In this document: positions 28,101 to 38,655 of the stretch, piece after piece
Position numbering within the stretch: position 1 is the first letter of the stretch
Layout of the letters: each line of letters opens with the position of its first letter
From: Bacteroidota bacterium
Lineage (GTDB): Bacteria > Bacteroidota > Rhodothermia > Rhodothermales > UBA10348
Direction: 5' to 3'
NCBI GenBank assembly: GCA_029262775.1
Contig: JAJCYR010000058.1
Span: 2,653-66,652, forward strand
DNA: 64,000 nt
Program-made: the position numbers and the translations under genes
Notes under the pieces: model-generated
Seen by the model: only the letters and a program-made list of their open reading frames with translations
Told to the model about the DNA's origin: nothing
Databases searched by the model: none

Positions 28101-29432
28101 TCATGCCAGCAGTCCCGACAGCGGCCCTGGCGCACCAATGACCTCCACTCCGGGCCCGGACGTTTCCATGAAGAAATCAGAACGGATGCGGTGCTCCGGA
28201 TACGCCTCTTCATAGGCCGATTCCCACCGCTCGAGCACGGCTTCGGCTTCGATCCTGGGCGCCATGGCCCACACGGCGCCTCCGAATCCGGCGCCAAACG
28301 ATGACGCCGCGACCGCTGCCGAGGCCAGCGCCATCTCCACCAGACGATTCGTCTCCGGCACCTGGTTACCCAGCCAGGCACTGGCCATCTGTTGACTACG
28401 CGCCGCCAGACGCCCGAACGTCGACCATTCGCCCGACTCCCACGCCTCCACAGCCTCCGGAATCACCACCGTGCATTCATCGTGGAACTGGGCGAACCGG
28501 TGCCAGAGCGCCGTACGATCCTCCGCACTCGTGGCAATGGAATCAATGAGCTCAATCACGCTGCACTCATCGAACGCCTCGGATTCTATTACGGCTCCGA
28601 GCAATGGGGGAGACGTACCGTGGCGCCGGGCAAACTCCCGACCAATTCGGTGCGCCAGGTCCGATGCCCGGTTGTAGCGCTCACGCGCCGACGTGGCTTT
28701 GGGCGCCGCCACGCCGCTCACGCCCACCAGAAGCTGCATGTCATCTGGCCACGAAAGTGTGTGCAGGCGCTCGACCGGATGGTATCCGAACAGCCCGGCC
28801 TCGCCCTCGCGCCCCATGATGATGGCCGTGTGGTCCTGGGAGCCACCCCGCAGCCCGACACCGCTCCCGCCCGTCATCGACCCGAAATCATATCCAGACT
28901 CGATCGCACCCAGGAAGGCGCACCACTCGCCCACTGACCCCACCGATTCCCGAAGTCGGGGGTTCGATGCCACTTCCGGGACCAGAAACAGCACCAATGC
29001 CGACAACACGAGCAGTGCCGATGACGAACTCATGCCGGCAGCCGACGGAATATCGCTCCGGAACACCAGGCGGACACCCGTCGACGGCGTAGGTACGTGC
29101 GAAAGCAGCCGCCGGGCCGCCGCCGATGGGTAGGCATACCACCCCTGCATTTCCGGAGGTGGCGTAAGCGACAGCGCCATCCGCTGTCCACTTGACACGT
29201 CGATCATTTCGAACACCGGCCGCTCCGTCCGGACCGCCACTCCCGTCATTTTCCGGGTCGATGCGCACGTCAAGCTGATACCACCGGCATAGTCCGTGTG
29301 TTTACCGAGCAGTTCCACACGCCCGGGTACGCGAAGGGCCATGGCCTCGGCGTCGCCGGGCATGTCCTCGAGCAGGGGAAGCAGGCCCAGAATCCAGTCG
29401 TCCCTGCGCAATCGTATGTCGGTCAGCGTCAT
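28101..29432 (-). CDS. GHMP-family sugar kinase (galactokinase-like)
   Basis: 'PGRVELLGKHTDYAGG' is a galactokinase-type signature and 'PSAAGMSSSSAL' is GHMP motif II. Confidence 0.8.
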   Translation of the reverse strand: MTLTDIRLRRDDWILGLLPLLEDMPGDAEAMALRVPGRVELLGKHTDYAGGISLTCASTRKMTGVAVRTERPVFEMIDVSSGQRMALSLTPPPEMQGWYAYPSAAARRLLSHVPTPSTGVRLVFRSDIPSAAGMSSSSALLVLSALVLFLVPEVASNPRLRESVGSVGEWCAFLGAIESGYDFGSMTGGSGVGLRGGSQDHTAIIMGREGEAGLFGYHPVERLHTLSWPDDMQLLVGVSGVAAPKATSARERYNRASDLAHRIGREFARRHGTSPPLLGAVIESEAFDECSVIELIDSIATSAEDRTALWHRFAQFHDECTVVIPEAVEAWESGEWSTFGRLAARSQQMASAWLGNQVPETNRLVEMALASAAVAASSFGAGFGGAVWAMAPRIEAEAVLERWESAYEEAYPEHRIRSDFFMETSGPGVEVIGAPGPLSGLLA

Positions 29433-29532
29433 CCGCTGAATATACGATTGGGTCTTTACTGGATTTTTTCTTGCCGCCCAACAGACAGGTCGCTAACTTC
29501 GACCCTGATATATCCGACCGGACCCCACCACC

Positions 29533-30042
29533 ATGGCTTCCCAGATGTTGTTTTTCGTGCTCGCCACCGTCGCTATCGCAGGCGCGCTCGGCATGCTCGT
29601 CTCCAGAAACCCGGTCAACAGCGCCCTCTGGCTCATTCTCAACCTGTTCTGTGTAGCGGGCCTGTACCTCACGCTGCATGCGACGTTTATTGCCGTCGTC
29701 CAGGTGCTGGTCTATGCGGGTGCCATCATGGTCCTGTTCCTGTTCATCATCCTGCTCCTCAATCTGGCCGCACTGCCGGATGTGCGGCGCTTTGAATGGC
29801 GAAAGGGAGTCGCGTATGTGCTGAGCATGGGCCTGTTGTCCATGCTCACGTTTGTGGTGGCCTCGAGCCTGGGCGTACTTCCCGAGCCGCAGTCACTGCA
29901 GGCAGCCGCCTCGAGCGGTTCAGCGAACGTGCTGGCCAGGTCACTCTTCGTCGAGTTTGCCCTGCCGTTTGAAATGATCGGCATTCTGTTGCTCGCAACC
30001 ACCATTGGAGCCGTCATGCTTTCCAAACGCAAGCCCGTCTGA
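29533..30042 (+). CDS. nuoJ: NADH-quinone oxidoreductase subunit J (Nqo10)
   Basis: '[21 protein letters not shown]', its size, and its position in front of nuoK. Confidence 0.9.
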   Translation: MASQMLFFVLATVAIAGALGMLVSRNPVNSALWLILNLFCVAGLYLTLHATFIAVVQVLVYAGAIMVLFLFIILLLNLAALPDVRRFEWRKGVAYVLSMGLLSMLTFVVASSLGVLPEPQSLQAAASSGSANVLARSLFVEFALPFEMIGILLLATTIGAVMLSKRKPV

Positions 30043-30347
30043 TGGAAATCACCCTCAATTGGTATCTGTACCTGAGCGCCATTCTGTTCACCATGGGTGT
30101 GATCGGATTTCTGTTCCGCAGAAATGTGATCGTCATGCTCATGTCCATCGAACTCATGCTCAACGCCGTCAACATTACGCTCGTCGCCCTGAGCCAGACC
30201 ATGGGCAGCCCGGCGGGTCAGATACTCGTGTTCTTCGTCATGGCGGTCGCTGCCGCTGAGGCCGCCATTGGCCTGGCGCTTGTCATCGCGGCCTTCCGCA
30301 ACAAGCTGTCCATTGACGTGACCGAGTTCAACCTCTTCAAATACTAG
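30042..30347 (+). CDS. nuoK: NADH-quinone oxidoreductase subunit K (Nqo11)
   Basis: 101 aa, 3 TM helices, '[11 protein letters not shown]'. The start overlaps the nuoJ stop. Confidence 0.9.
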   Translation: MEITLNWYLYLSAILFTMGVIGFLFRRNVIVMLMSIELMLNAVNITLVALSQTMGSPAGQILVFFVMAVAAAEAAIGLALVIAAFRNKLSIDVTEFNLFKY

Positions 30348-30360
30348 TCCAGCGGCCCCG

Positions 30361-32343
30361 ATGGATTCAGCCTCCTTGATGTATGCCATTCTGTTTCTGC
30401 CGCTCCTCGGAGCAGCAATTAACGGGCTCATGGGATTGTTCATGCCGTCCTGGAGGGAACGGGAGGGCCTGATTGGTCTCATTGGCACGGCCATGGTCGC
30501 CCTGCCGTTTCTGGCTTTCGTACTCCTGTTCCTGTCGTTCGACGGAAATGCCAGTGTGACGCGCCTCTTCACCTGGATGGCCGCCGGCGATTTGACCGTC
30601 GACTTTGCCTACCGGATTGACCAGTTGTCCCTCCTGATGGGACTCGTAGTGACAGGTGTTGGCAGCCTCATTCATGTCTATTCCATCGGCTACATGCGTG
30701 GTGATGACGGGTTCTGGCGTTTCTTCGCCTACCTGAACCTGTTCATTTTCATGATGCTCAACCTTATTCTGGGTGACAACCTTGTTGTCCTCTTCCTGGG
30801 ATGGGAAGGCGTGGGACTCTGCTCCTACCTCCTAATTGGCTTCTGGTACAGGAACCTGGCCAACAGCGCGGCTGCCAACAAGGCGTTCATCATGAACCGC
30901 GTGGGCGACTTCGCCTTCCTCGTGGCCATGTTCATCCTGTTCCGGGAAGTAGGCGCGCTCGACATGGGCTCGCTCATTGCGGCCGGTGAGAGCATGGACC
31001 CCACATTTCTGTCGCTCGCCGTCTTCCTGCTCTTCCTGGGTGCTACGGGTAAATCGGCGCAGATTCCGCTCTTTACGTGGCTCCCCGATGCCATGGCAGG
31101 CCCCACACCCGTCTCGGCGCTCATCCATGCCGCCACCATGGTGACATCCGGCCTGTATTTGCTGGCCCGTCTCTCTCCGCTCGTCCTCCTGGCGCCCGGT
31201 GTGATGACGGTGATTGCCATTGTCGGTGCGACCACGGCGCTCGTGGCGGCCACCATCGCCATCACGCAGAACGACATCAAGAAAGTGCTGGCCTATTCCA
31301 CGGTATCCCAGCTGGGCTACATGTTCGTTGCGACCGGCGTTGGGGCTTTTTACGTGGCTATTTTCCACGTCATGACGCATGCCTTCTTCAAGGGCTGTCT
31401 GTTTCTTGGCTCTGGCAGCGTAATCCATGGCATGCACCACGTGGAGCATGAACTGGCACACGATGGCCACGGACACAAGCTCGATCCGCAGGACATGCGG
31501 ACCATGGGGGGACTCAAGCGGTTCATGCCAGCCACCCGGATGACCTTCCTGATTTCCACGCTGGCCATTTCCGGCATTCCCCTGTTGGCTGGATTCTTCT
31601 CGAAGGACGAAATCCTCTTCAAGGCATTCGAAGCCGCGTCTTTCGGCTTCCCCGCCGCCTGGTTTGTCTGGGGCGTGGGACTTGCTACCGCGCTGCTCAC
31701 GGCCATCTACATGATCCGCGCCTACGTGCTCACCTTCGAAGGATCGCCGCGCTGGCCACACGCCGACACGCTGCATCCGCACGAATCGCCCGCTACGATG
31801 ACCGTGCCCCTCTGGGTGCTCGCAGGCCTCTCGGTCGTGGGCGGTTTCCTGGGCATTCCGGCTGTCATTGCGCATGGCGACCTGAACTGGATGCATCACT
31901 GGCTGGCCGGTGAACACGGCCCCGTCGCCGAACGGCTATTCGATGGTCATGTGCCGCTGGCCTTCGAGTGGGCGCTGATTGCGCTCGGTTCTGGCATTGC
32001 CATCACCGGCGTGCTGCTCGGCTGGCGCTGGTACACGCGGCAGGGGCTGGCCTTTGATGACGTACTGAGTAAGCGGTTTGGAGGCCTCTGGAAACTTTTC
32101 CAGGGCAAATATTTCGTCGACGAAGCCTACGACAAAGTGGTCGTTGGTCCCGTCATCGGAGGCGCGAGGTATGTATTCGCCCCCTTTGACAGATATGTTG
32201 TCGATGGGCTGGTAAACGGTATCGCCTTTCTCACACGGGCCGTCAGCTTCGTGCTGAAGTACATTCAGACCGGGCTCGTTCCGTCCTATGCCGTCGGCAT
32301 CGTATTCGGCGTCGTTCTCATCGTCTGGCTCATGCTATTCTAA
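30361..32343 (+). CDS. nuoL: NADH-quinone oxidoreductase subunit L (Nqo12)
   Basis: 'WLPDAMAGPTPVSALIHAATMVTSG', 660 aa, with a long C-terminal lateral-helix region. Confidence 0.95.
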   Translation: MDSASLMYAILFLPLLGAAINGLMGLFMPSWREREGLIGLIGTAMVALPFLAFVLLFLSFDGNASVTRLFTWMAAGDLTVDFAYRIDQLSLLMGLVVTGVGSLIHVYSIGYMRGDDGFWRFFAYLNLFIFMMLNLILGDNLVVLFLGWEGVGLCSYLLIGFWYRNLANSAAANKAFIMNRVGDFAFLVAMFILFREVGALDMGSLIAAGESMDPTFLSLAVFLLFLGATGKSAQIPLFTWLPDAMAGPTPVSALIHAATMVTSGLYLLARLSPLVLLAPGVMTVIAIVGATTALVAATIAITQNDIKKVLAYSTVSQLGYMFVATGVGAFYVAIFHVMTHAFFKGCLFLGSGSVIHGMHHVEHELAHDGHGHKLDPQDMRTMGGLKRFMPATRMTFLISTLAISGIPLLAGFFSKDEILFKAFEAASFGFPAAWFVWGVGLATALLTAIYMIRAYVLTFEGSPRWPHADTLHPHESPATMTVPLWVLAGLSVVGGFLGIPAVIAHGDLNWMHHWLAGEHGPVAERLFDGHVPLAFEWALIALGSGIAITGVLLGWRWYTRQGLAFDDVLSKRFGGLWKLFQGKYFVDEAYDKVVVGPVIGGARYVFAPFDRYVVDGLVNGIAFLTRAVSFVLKYIQTGLVPSYAVGIVFGVVLIVWLMLF

Positions 32344-32347
32344 GCAT

Positions 32348-33904
32348 ATGGTTTCTTTGGTCATTTTCCTTCCGCTTGCCGGAGCCCTGTTGACGATGCT
32401 GTCGCGCAGCGAGTCAGCCATTCGCTGGTCGGCACTCTTCGTGACATCGGCAACCTTCCTGGTGTCACTTGGACTGTATATCCAGTTCGACCCCGGCGTA
32501 TCGACCCATGCCGCCCCCCAAATGGCCCAGATCAGCGATTTGTGGTTTCCTGACAGCATGGACATCAAGTATTTCGTGGGCATAGACGGGCTGAACCTGC
32601 TGCTGATCATGCTCACCACGCTGCTCGGCCCCATCGTCGTGCTGTCCTCCTGGACGTATATCGGGAAGAATCATAAGCCCTATTACACGCTCCTGCTGGT
32701 ACTCCAGACCGGGGTTACGGGCGTTTTTGCCGCTTTTGACGTCTTCCTGTTCTACATCTTTTTTGAGCTGACGCTCATTCCGATGTACTTCATCATCGGT
32801 ATCTGGGGCGGCGAGAACCGGGTCTATGCCGCCGTCAAGTTTGTGATCTTCACACTCATCGGTTCGCTGCTTATGCTGGTGGCGCTCATCTTTCTGGGTT
32901 ATGCCGCCGGTGATGCCATCAATGGCGGCGTGTTCACGACCGACTGGTTCAAGCTGGTCGCCTTCAACATGCCGCTCGACACGCAGAGTTGGCTGTTCCT
33001 GCTCTTCGCGCTCGCGTTTGCCATCAAGGTTCCACTTTTCCCGCTGCATACATGGCTTCCGGATGCACACGTCCAGGCGCCCACGGGCGGCTCCGTCGTG
33101 CTGGCAGGTGTGCTGCTGAAGATGGGTACCTATGGCTTTGTCCGGTTCTGTCTTCCATTCTTCCCGAATGCGGCGCGTGACTACGCCATGCTGTTTGCTG
33201 TCCTGGCCGTCATTGGCATCGTGTACGGCGCCCTGGTCTCCCGCGCCCAGACCGATGCCAAGAAGCTCGTGGCCTACTCGTCGGTGAGCCACCTCGGATT
33301 CGTCGTGCTCGGTATTTTTGCCTTCAACGTCGAAGCCATGCAGGGCGCCATGATCCAGATGATCAATCACGGCGTTTCGACGAGCGCACTCTTCCTGATC
33401 CTGGGCATGCTCTACGAACGGCGCCACACGCGGGAAATGTCGGATTATGGTGGCATTGCCAAGTCCGTGCCCATGCTGACCTTTTTCATGGTCTTCTCGG
33501 TACTGGCATCGGCCGGGCTTCCGGGCCTCAACGGGTTTGTGGGCGAATTCCTGATTCTGATTGGATCGTTCAACAGCACGACGCTTGCCAGCCCGTGGCT
33601 CGTGGTTGTGGCCACGACCGGTGTCATCCTGGCAGCCGTCTATCTCCTCTACATGGTCTACGCCATGTTCTGGGGTACGCTCGACCGGGATGAAAACCGG
33701 GACATGCTGGACCTCAACAAACGCGAACTCTCTCTGCTGATCCCGTTGGCGGTTCTGATGCTCGTCATGGGGCTCGCGCCGTCGCCGTTCCTGGCCAAGA
33801 GCGAGCCGGCCGTGAAAGACCTGCTGGAAACCATTGAGACGAAGCGCCTGGCGGCAGAAGCGATGGCCAGCGCCGTGCCCGCGTTTCCTGTAAACCACAA
33901 CTGA
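32348..33904 (+). CDS. nuoM: NADH-quinone oxidoreductase subunit M (Nqo13)
   Basis: 'HTWLPDAHVQAPTGGSVVLAGVLLKMGTYG'. The ATG at 32348 lies just after the nuoL TAA. Confidence 0.95.
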   Translation: MVSLVIFLPLAGALLTMLSRSESAIRWSALFVTSATFLVSLGLYIQFDPGVSTHAAPQMAQISDLWFPDSMDIKYFVGIDGLNLLLIMLTTLLGPIVVLSSWTYIGKNHKPYYTLLLVLQTGVTGVFAAFDVFLFYIFFELTLIPMYFIIGIWGGENRVYAAVKFVIFTLIGSLLMLVALIFLGYAAGDAINGGVFTTDWFKLVAFNMPLDTQSWLFLLFALAFAIKVPLFPLHTWLPDAHVQAPTGGSVVLAGVLLKMGTYGFVRFCLPFFPNAARDYAMLFAVLAVIGIVYGALVSRAQTDAKKLVAYSSVSHLGFVVLGIFAFNVEAMQGAMIQMINHGVSTSALFLILGMLYERRHTREMSDYGGIAKSVPMLTFFMVFSVLASAGLPGLNGFVGEFLILIGSFNSTTLASPWLVVVATTGVILAAVYLLYMVYAMFWGTLDRDENRDMLDLNKRELSLLIPLAVLMLVMGLAPSPFLAKSEPAVKDLLETIETKRLAAEAMASAVPAFPVNHN

Positions 33905-33938
33905 CATACGACTGACCCAGGACAGAACCAAAAATTCC

Positions 33939-35480
33939 ATGCGCTACGCCGCCCTGACGTTGATTTTTGTGACGATGGCCCTTGCCACAGGGCCTGTTCT
34001 GCCAGCCCGTGCGCAGCAGGACGCAGCCGCATCGGTGGAGCATGTCGCCGACGAGCACAGGGCCACGCAGGAAGACGCTGCCACGCCGGGAGACGCCGCC
34101 ACGCCCGAAGTTGCCGCAGCACAGGAGCACGCCACCACGCAGGAGCACGCGGATGACGAACACGGCCCGCTCCCGCCCGTCTGGCTCGTACTCCCCTTCG
34201 CGGCGCTACTCATCATGATTGCAACGGGGCCGCTGTTCTTCGCACACCACTGGCACCACAACTACCCCAGGTATTCCATTGCCTTCGGCCTCTTTGTAGG
34301 GCTCTACTACATCTTTGTGCTCGATTCGCCCATCGCCGTCGAGCACGCGGCCACGGAGTACCTGTCGTTCATCGCCCTCGTGGCCTCCCTCTTCATCGCG
34401 GCCAGTGGCATCTTCGTGAGCATCAATGCCAAGGGAACGCCGCTGAACAACGTGATCCTGCTCTTCGCAGCGTCAGTCATTGCCAACCTTATTGCCACGA
34501 CGGGGTCGGCCATGCTCTTCATCCGCTCGTATATGCGGCTGAACAAGGGACGCCTGAAGGCCTATCACATCGTATTCTTCATTTTTCTGGTGGCCAACGT
34601 CGGCGGCGCTCTCACACCCATCGGTGATCCGCCCCTGTTTCTCGGATTCCTGCGAGGCGTACCTTTCTTCTGGACATTCACCCACGTATGGTACATCTGG
34701 CTTCCGGCCACGGCTCTCCTTCTGTTGATCTTTTTTGTGCTCGACAGCCGCAACAAGGTGGAATCGCCGGACGCCGTTCCCGGAAAGTCCATTGTTTCAG
34801 TGGAAGGCTCCAAGAGTTTTTTCTGGGTTGCCATCATCATCGTGTCGGTCTTTATCGACCCGAACGTTTTTCCTTGGGTGCCCAACCTGCATGAGATGAT
34901 CGGTGTCCCGTTCGGCATCCGTGAAATCATCATGTTCGCGATAGCATTCCTGGCGTACAAGACGGCCGACAAGACGGCCATGGAGAAAAATGAGTTCAAC
35001 TTTGAACCCATTCGCGAAGTTGGATGGCTTTTCCTGGGCATTTTCGCAACCATGCAGCCAGCCCTGCAGCTTATCTCGAGTTTCGCCTCCCAGAATGCCG
35101 ATTCGCTCACCGTAGGACTGTTTTACTGGAGCACGGGTATCCTCTCGGGAATTCTTGACAACGCTCCTACCTATCTGAACTTCCTGGCCGCTTCCATGGG
35201 TAAATTCGGCCTGGACGTGAACGATCCAGCGTCGGTCAAGGCCTTCGCCGAGTCGCTCGATTCAATCATTTTCCTGCAGGCTGTTTCCGTCGCGGCCGTC
35301 TTCTTCGGTGCCATGTCGTATATCGGTAATGCCCCCAACTTCATGGTCAAAGCCATTGCCGAGTCGAACGGCGTCGAGACCCCATCATTCATGGGCTACA
35401 TCGTGCGCTACTCCCTCCCTATCCTTCTTCCCGTTTACTTCGTGATTTACATCATCTTTTTCAGCGGATGGATACTATGA
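33939..35480 (+). CDS. nhaD: NhaD/ArsB-superfamily ion transporter (Na+/H+ antiporter NhaD-like) with a signal peptide and an acidic/His-rich N-terminal tail
   Basis: About 11-12 TM helices and an ion-transporter-superfamily look. It sits between nuoM and nuoN exactly like the nhaD homologue reported in the Rhodothermus marinus nqo operon. Confidence 0.7.
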   Translation: MRYAALTLIFVTMALATGPVLPARAQQDAAASVEHVADEHRATQEDAATPGDAATPEVAAAQEHATTQEHADDEHGPLPPVWLVLPFAALLIMIATGPLFFAHHWHHNYPRYSIAFGLFVGLYYIFVLDSPIAVEHAATEYLSFIALVASLFIAASGIFVSINAKGTPLNNVILLFAASVIANLIATTGSAMLFIRSYMRLNKGRLKAYHIVFFIFLVANVGGALTPIGDPPLFLGFLRGVPFFWTFTHVWYIWLPATALLLLIFFVLDSRNKVESPDAVPGKSIVSVEGSKSFFWVAIIIVSVFIDPNVFPWVPNLHEMIGVPFGIREIIMFAIAFLAYKTADKTAMEKNEFNFEPIREVGWLFLGIFATMQPALQLISSFASQNADSLTVGLFYWSTGILSGILDNAPTYLNFLAASMGKFGLDVNDPASVKAFAESLDSIIFLQAVSVAAVFFGAMSYIGNAPNFMVKAIAESNGVETPSFMGYIVRYSLPILLPVYFVIYIIFFSGWIL

Positions 35481-35767
35481 CCAGTGCATTGACACACGAA
35501 CAGGTGGCAGACAGGCTTGGAACGCTACCGGGGTGGTCGCATGAAAACGATGCCCTCACAAGAGGCTTTACATTTGGATCCTTCAAGGAGGCGGTCAGCT
35601 TTCTGGTCCGCGTGGCGTTTGAAGCGGAGGCGCTCGACCACCACCCCGAATTGATCAATGTCTACAACAAAGTGGATATCCGGCTCACGACGCACGATGC
35701 CGGCAACAAGGTATCGGAAAAAGATATCGAATTAGCCGGGCGCATTGACTCTTTGAGCTGGGTATAA
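35468..35767 (+). CDS. pterin-4a-carbinolamine dehydratase (PCD/DCoH) homologue
   Basis: 'GW...LTR.F.F.SF..A..F...VA..AE..DHHPE...VYN.V...LTTHD' is the PCD signature. The start is the ATG at 35468 or the ATG at 35477; the latter overlaps the transporter stop (ATGA). Confidence 0.85.
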   Translation: MDTMTSALTHEQVADRLGTLPGWSHENDALTRGFTFGSFKEAVSFLVRVAFEAEALDHHPELINVYNKVDIRLTTHDAGNKVSEKDIELAGRIDSLSWV

Positions 35768-35770
35768 CCA

Positions 35771-37225
35771 ATGGATCTTTCGCAGGCATATTCTTCCATG
35801 TGGGCCGACATCGCCGCTGCCCTTCCGCTGGTCATCGTGTCACTGGCGGGATTGGTTGTCGTCGTGTTCGATGCCTTCCGAAACCGGCACGCGGCCACGC
35901 CGCTTATCACGCTCGCGGCGCTCGTCATCGCATTCGCCGTCGAGATCCCGGCACTTTCAGCTGACGGCACGGCATTCCACGGCCTGTTGCGCACGGGCGG
36001 TGCGGCTGCCTTTGTGAATCTGCTGGTTCTGGGGAGTGGTATTTTGTCGGTCATGCTGGCCATGCCGTACCTGACACGACTCGACCTTCACATCGGAGAA
36101 GTCTACTCCATGGTACTGTTTGCCACGGCAGGCATGCTCATGCTGGGCGCGGCGAACCACCTGGTGACCGTTTTTGTAGGCCTCGAAACCATGTCCGTGT
36201 GCCTCTATATACTGACCGGCCTCGTGCGCAAAAACCACGGTGCCATCGAGAGCGCCCTGAAATACTTCCTGCTGGGCGCCTTTTCAACCGGCTTCTTCCT
36301 CTACGGCATGGCTCTCCTCTACGGTGCTACGGGTACCATGAGTCTCCCGGAAATGCAGATCGCTGCCGGAAGTGGATCGGTCATGTTCTGGGCGGGCGCT
36401 GCGCTGCTACTCGTCGGTTTTCTGTTCAAGGTCAGCGCCGTTCCATTCCACATGTGGACGCCCGATGTGTACCAGGGCGCCCCAACGCCGCTTGTTGGTT
36501 TCATGTCGACGGCCTCCAAGGCCGCCGCCTTCGCCGCGCTGATTACAGTGCTTGTGGTGGCATTACCGCCCGAACGATGGACAGGCGTGTTGGCCGTTTT
36601 CGCCGTCATTACGATGGTAGTGGGCAATGTGCTGGCACTCTCGCAGTCCAACGTCAAACGAATGCTGGCCTATTCGTCTATCGCCCACGCCGGCTACATT
36701 CTGGTAGCACTCGCCGCCGGATCGCCTGGGGGCTATTCGGGCGCGCTCTTCTACCTGCTCGTTTACACGGTCATGAACATCGGCGCATTCGGCGTATTGA
36801 GCCAACTTGAATGGGACGATGCACAGGGCAGCACGCAGAATCTGGACTCGCTCGCCGGCGTCGGGTATAGACGCCCTCTACTCGGCTGGACGATGGTGTT
36901 TTTCATGTTCTCACTCGCCGGATTCCCGCCGCTCGCCGGATTTCTCGGCAAGTGGGCCGTATTTGCGCCCGCCATTGATGCCGGCCTGGTCTGGTTGGCC
37001 ATCGTCGGTGTCCTGGCAAGTGCCGTGTCGGCCTACTACTACCTGCGCGTACTGGTCGTCTTCTTCATGAAGGATGCCCGCGACGGCGAACCAGGTAGTG
37101 CCGCTGGCGAGGTGTTCGCTATTCCGACTATGACACGTGGCGTCCTCGTTCTGTGTACGGTATTGCTTGTAGTACTCGGTGTCAGCACGTTCGCCTGGGA
37201 CCTTACTGGTACGTTTTTCAACTGA
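35771..37225 (+). CDS. nuoN: NADH-quinone oxidoreductase subunit N (Nqo14)
   Basis: 'FHMWTPDVYQGAPTPLVGFMSTASKAAAF', 484 aa, about 14 TM helices. Confidence 0.95.
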   Translation: MDLSQAYSSMWADIAAALPLVIVSLAGLVVVVFDAFRNRHAATPLITLAALVIAFAVEIPALSADGTAFHGLLRTGGAAAFVNLLVLGSGILSVMLAMPYLTRLDLHIGEVYSMVLFATAGMLMLGAANHLVTVFVGLETMSVCLYILTGLVRKNHGAIESALKYFLLGAFSTGFFLYGMALLYGATGTMSLPEMQIAAGSGSVMFWAGAALLLVGFLFKVSAVPFHMWTPDVYQGAPTPLVGFMSTASKAAAFAALITVLVVALPPERWTGVLAVFAVITMVVGNVLALSQSNVKRMLAYSSIAHAGYILVALAAGSPGGYSGALFYLLVYTVMNIGAFGVLSQLEWDDAQGSTQNLDSLAGVGYRRPLLGWTMVFFMFSLAGFPPLAGFLGKWAVFAPAIDAGLVWLAIVGVLASAVSAYYYLRVLVVFFMKDARDGEPGSAAGEVFAIPTMTRGVLVLCTVLLVVLGVSTFAWDLTGTFFN

Positions 37226-37244
37226 CTGGGACCTTCTTTGAGGG

Positions 37245-37296
37245 CTCCGAGGAGAATCTTAAAGGGTTCTTGAAAACAAGACGGAGTCCTCGGGAG
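37245..37296 (+). other. nested stem-loop downstream of nuoN (possible terminator without U-tract)
   Basis: CTCCGAGGA ... TCCTC(G)GGAG encloses TCTTG-AAAA-CAAGA. No T-run follows. Confidence 0.3.
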
Positions 37297-37338
37297 TAAC
37301 AGGAAGCACACATATTATCGCTAGGTATACAACTTATC

Positions 37339-37947
<609 letters not shown>

Positions 37948-37959
37948 TCCCGTTTTCCG

Positions 37960-38589
37960 GTGGATGCGCTCCCGTCCGATATCCAGGTCCACGAAGATGT
38001 TGACGGGCCTCATATTGATCGTATATGGGAGAATATTCTGACCGATGAAGAACATGCGCGGCGGTCCTCGATGAAAAGCGAGGACCGCCGCCGTCTTTTT
38101 GTGCTCGGCCGCGTGGTGCTGCGCACGCACCTCGGTAAGCGCCTGGGCATCCCCCCCGAACGTGTCCCGGTCACCATTCATCCGAGCGGCCGTCTCCTCG
38201 TGGGATCAGCAGAGGAGGAGCTGAACGTATCGCTGGCCCATTCCGGCACGCGTGCCATCGTCGTATCCGCGTTCAGACCCCTTGGCGTAGACCTGGAAAC
38301 CATGATTCCCAGGCAGGATAGCCTCCTGCGGTACATCACACAAGAGGACGAACGCGCCATACTCGACCAACTGGCTGAGACGCCCATGGATCAGCTCTAC
38401 GTCGTGTGGACGCTGAAGGAAGCCGTTCTGAAAGGAATGGGTACGGGTCTCCGGACCGGCCCACGGAAACTGTGCATTCAACCGGGGTCCGATCCCGTGC
38501 GTGCATCGATCGTGGACATGAATGGCGTTACCTGGGAGGCGCGTTACCGGATTCAGAACGGGTATGCAACGGCCATGGCCTGGCGGTAG
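37960..38589 (+). CDS. 4'-phosphopantetheinyl transferase (Sfp-type)
   Basis: GTG start. 'LGVDLE' and 'WTLKEAVLKG' motifs are present. No carrier protein, NRPS or PKS lies nearby. Confidence 0.8.
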   Translation: MDALPSDIQVHEDVDGPHIDRIWENILTDEEHARRSSMKSEDRRRLFVLGRVVLRTHLGKRLGIPPERVPVTIHPSGRLLVGSAEEELNVSLAHSGTRAIVVSAFRPLGVDLETMIPRQDSLLRYITQEDERAILDQLAETPMDQLYVVWTLKEAVLKGMGTGLRTGPRKLCIQPGSDPVRASIVDMNGVTWEARYRIQNGYATAMAWR

Positions 38590-38612
38590 GGCTGAAGGGG
38601 GAACCCGAATTT

Positions 38613-38652
38613 GTATGTATCGTAACTGGATATATCCAAACTCGATACATAC
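38613..38652. promoter_or_regulatory. nested palindrome immediately upstream of padR (candidate PadR operator)
   Basis: GTATGTATCG-TAACT-GGATATATCC-AAACT-CGATACATAC. There is a perfect 10-bp inverted repeat (containing ATGT...ACAT) around a perfect 10-bp central palindrome, ending 3 nt before the ATG at 38656. Confidence 0.55.
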
Positions 38653-38655
38653 GCC

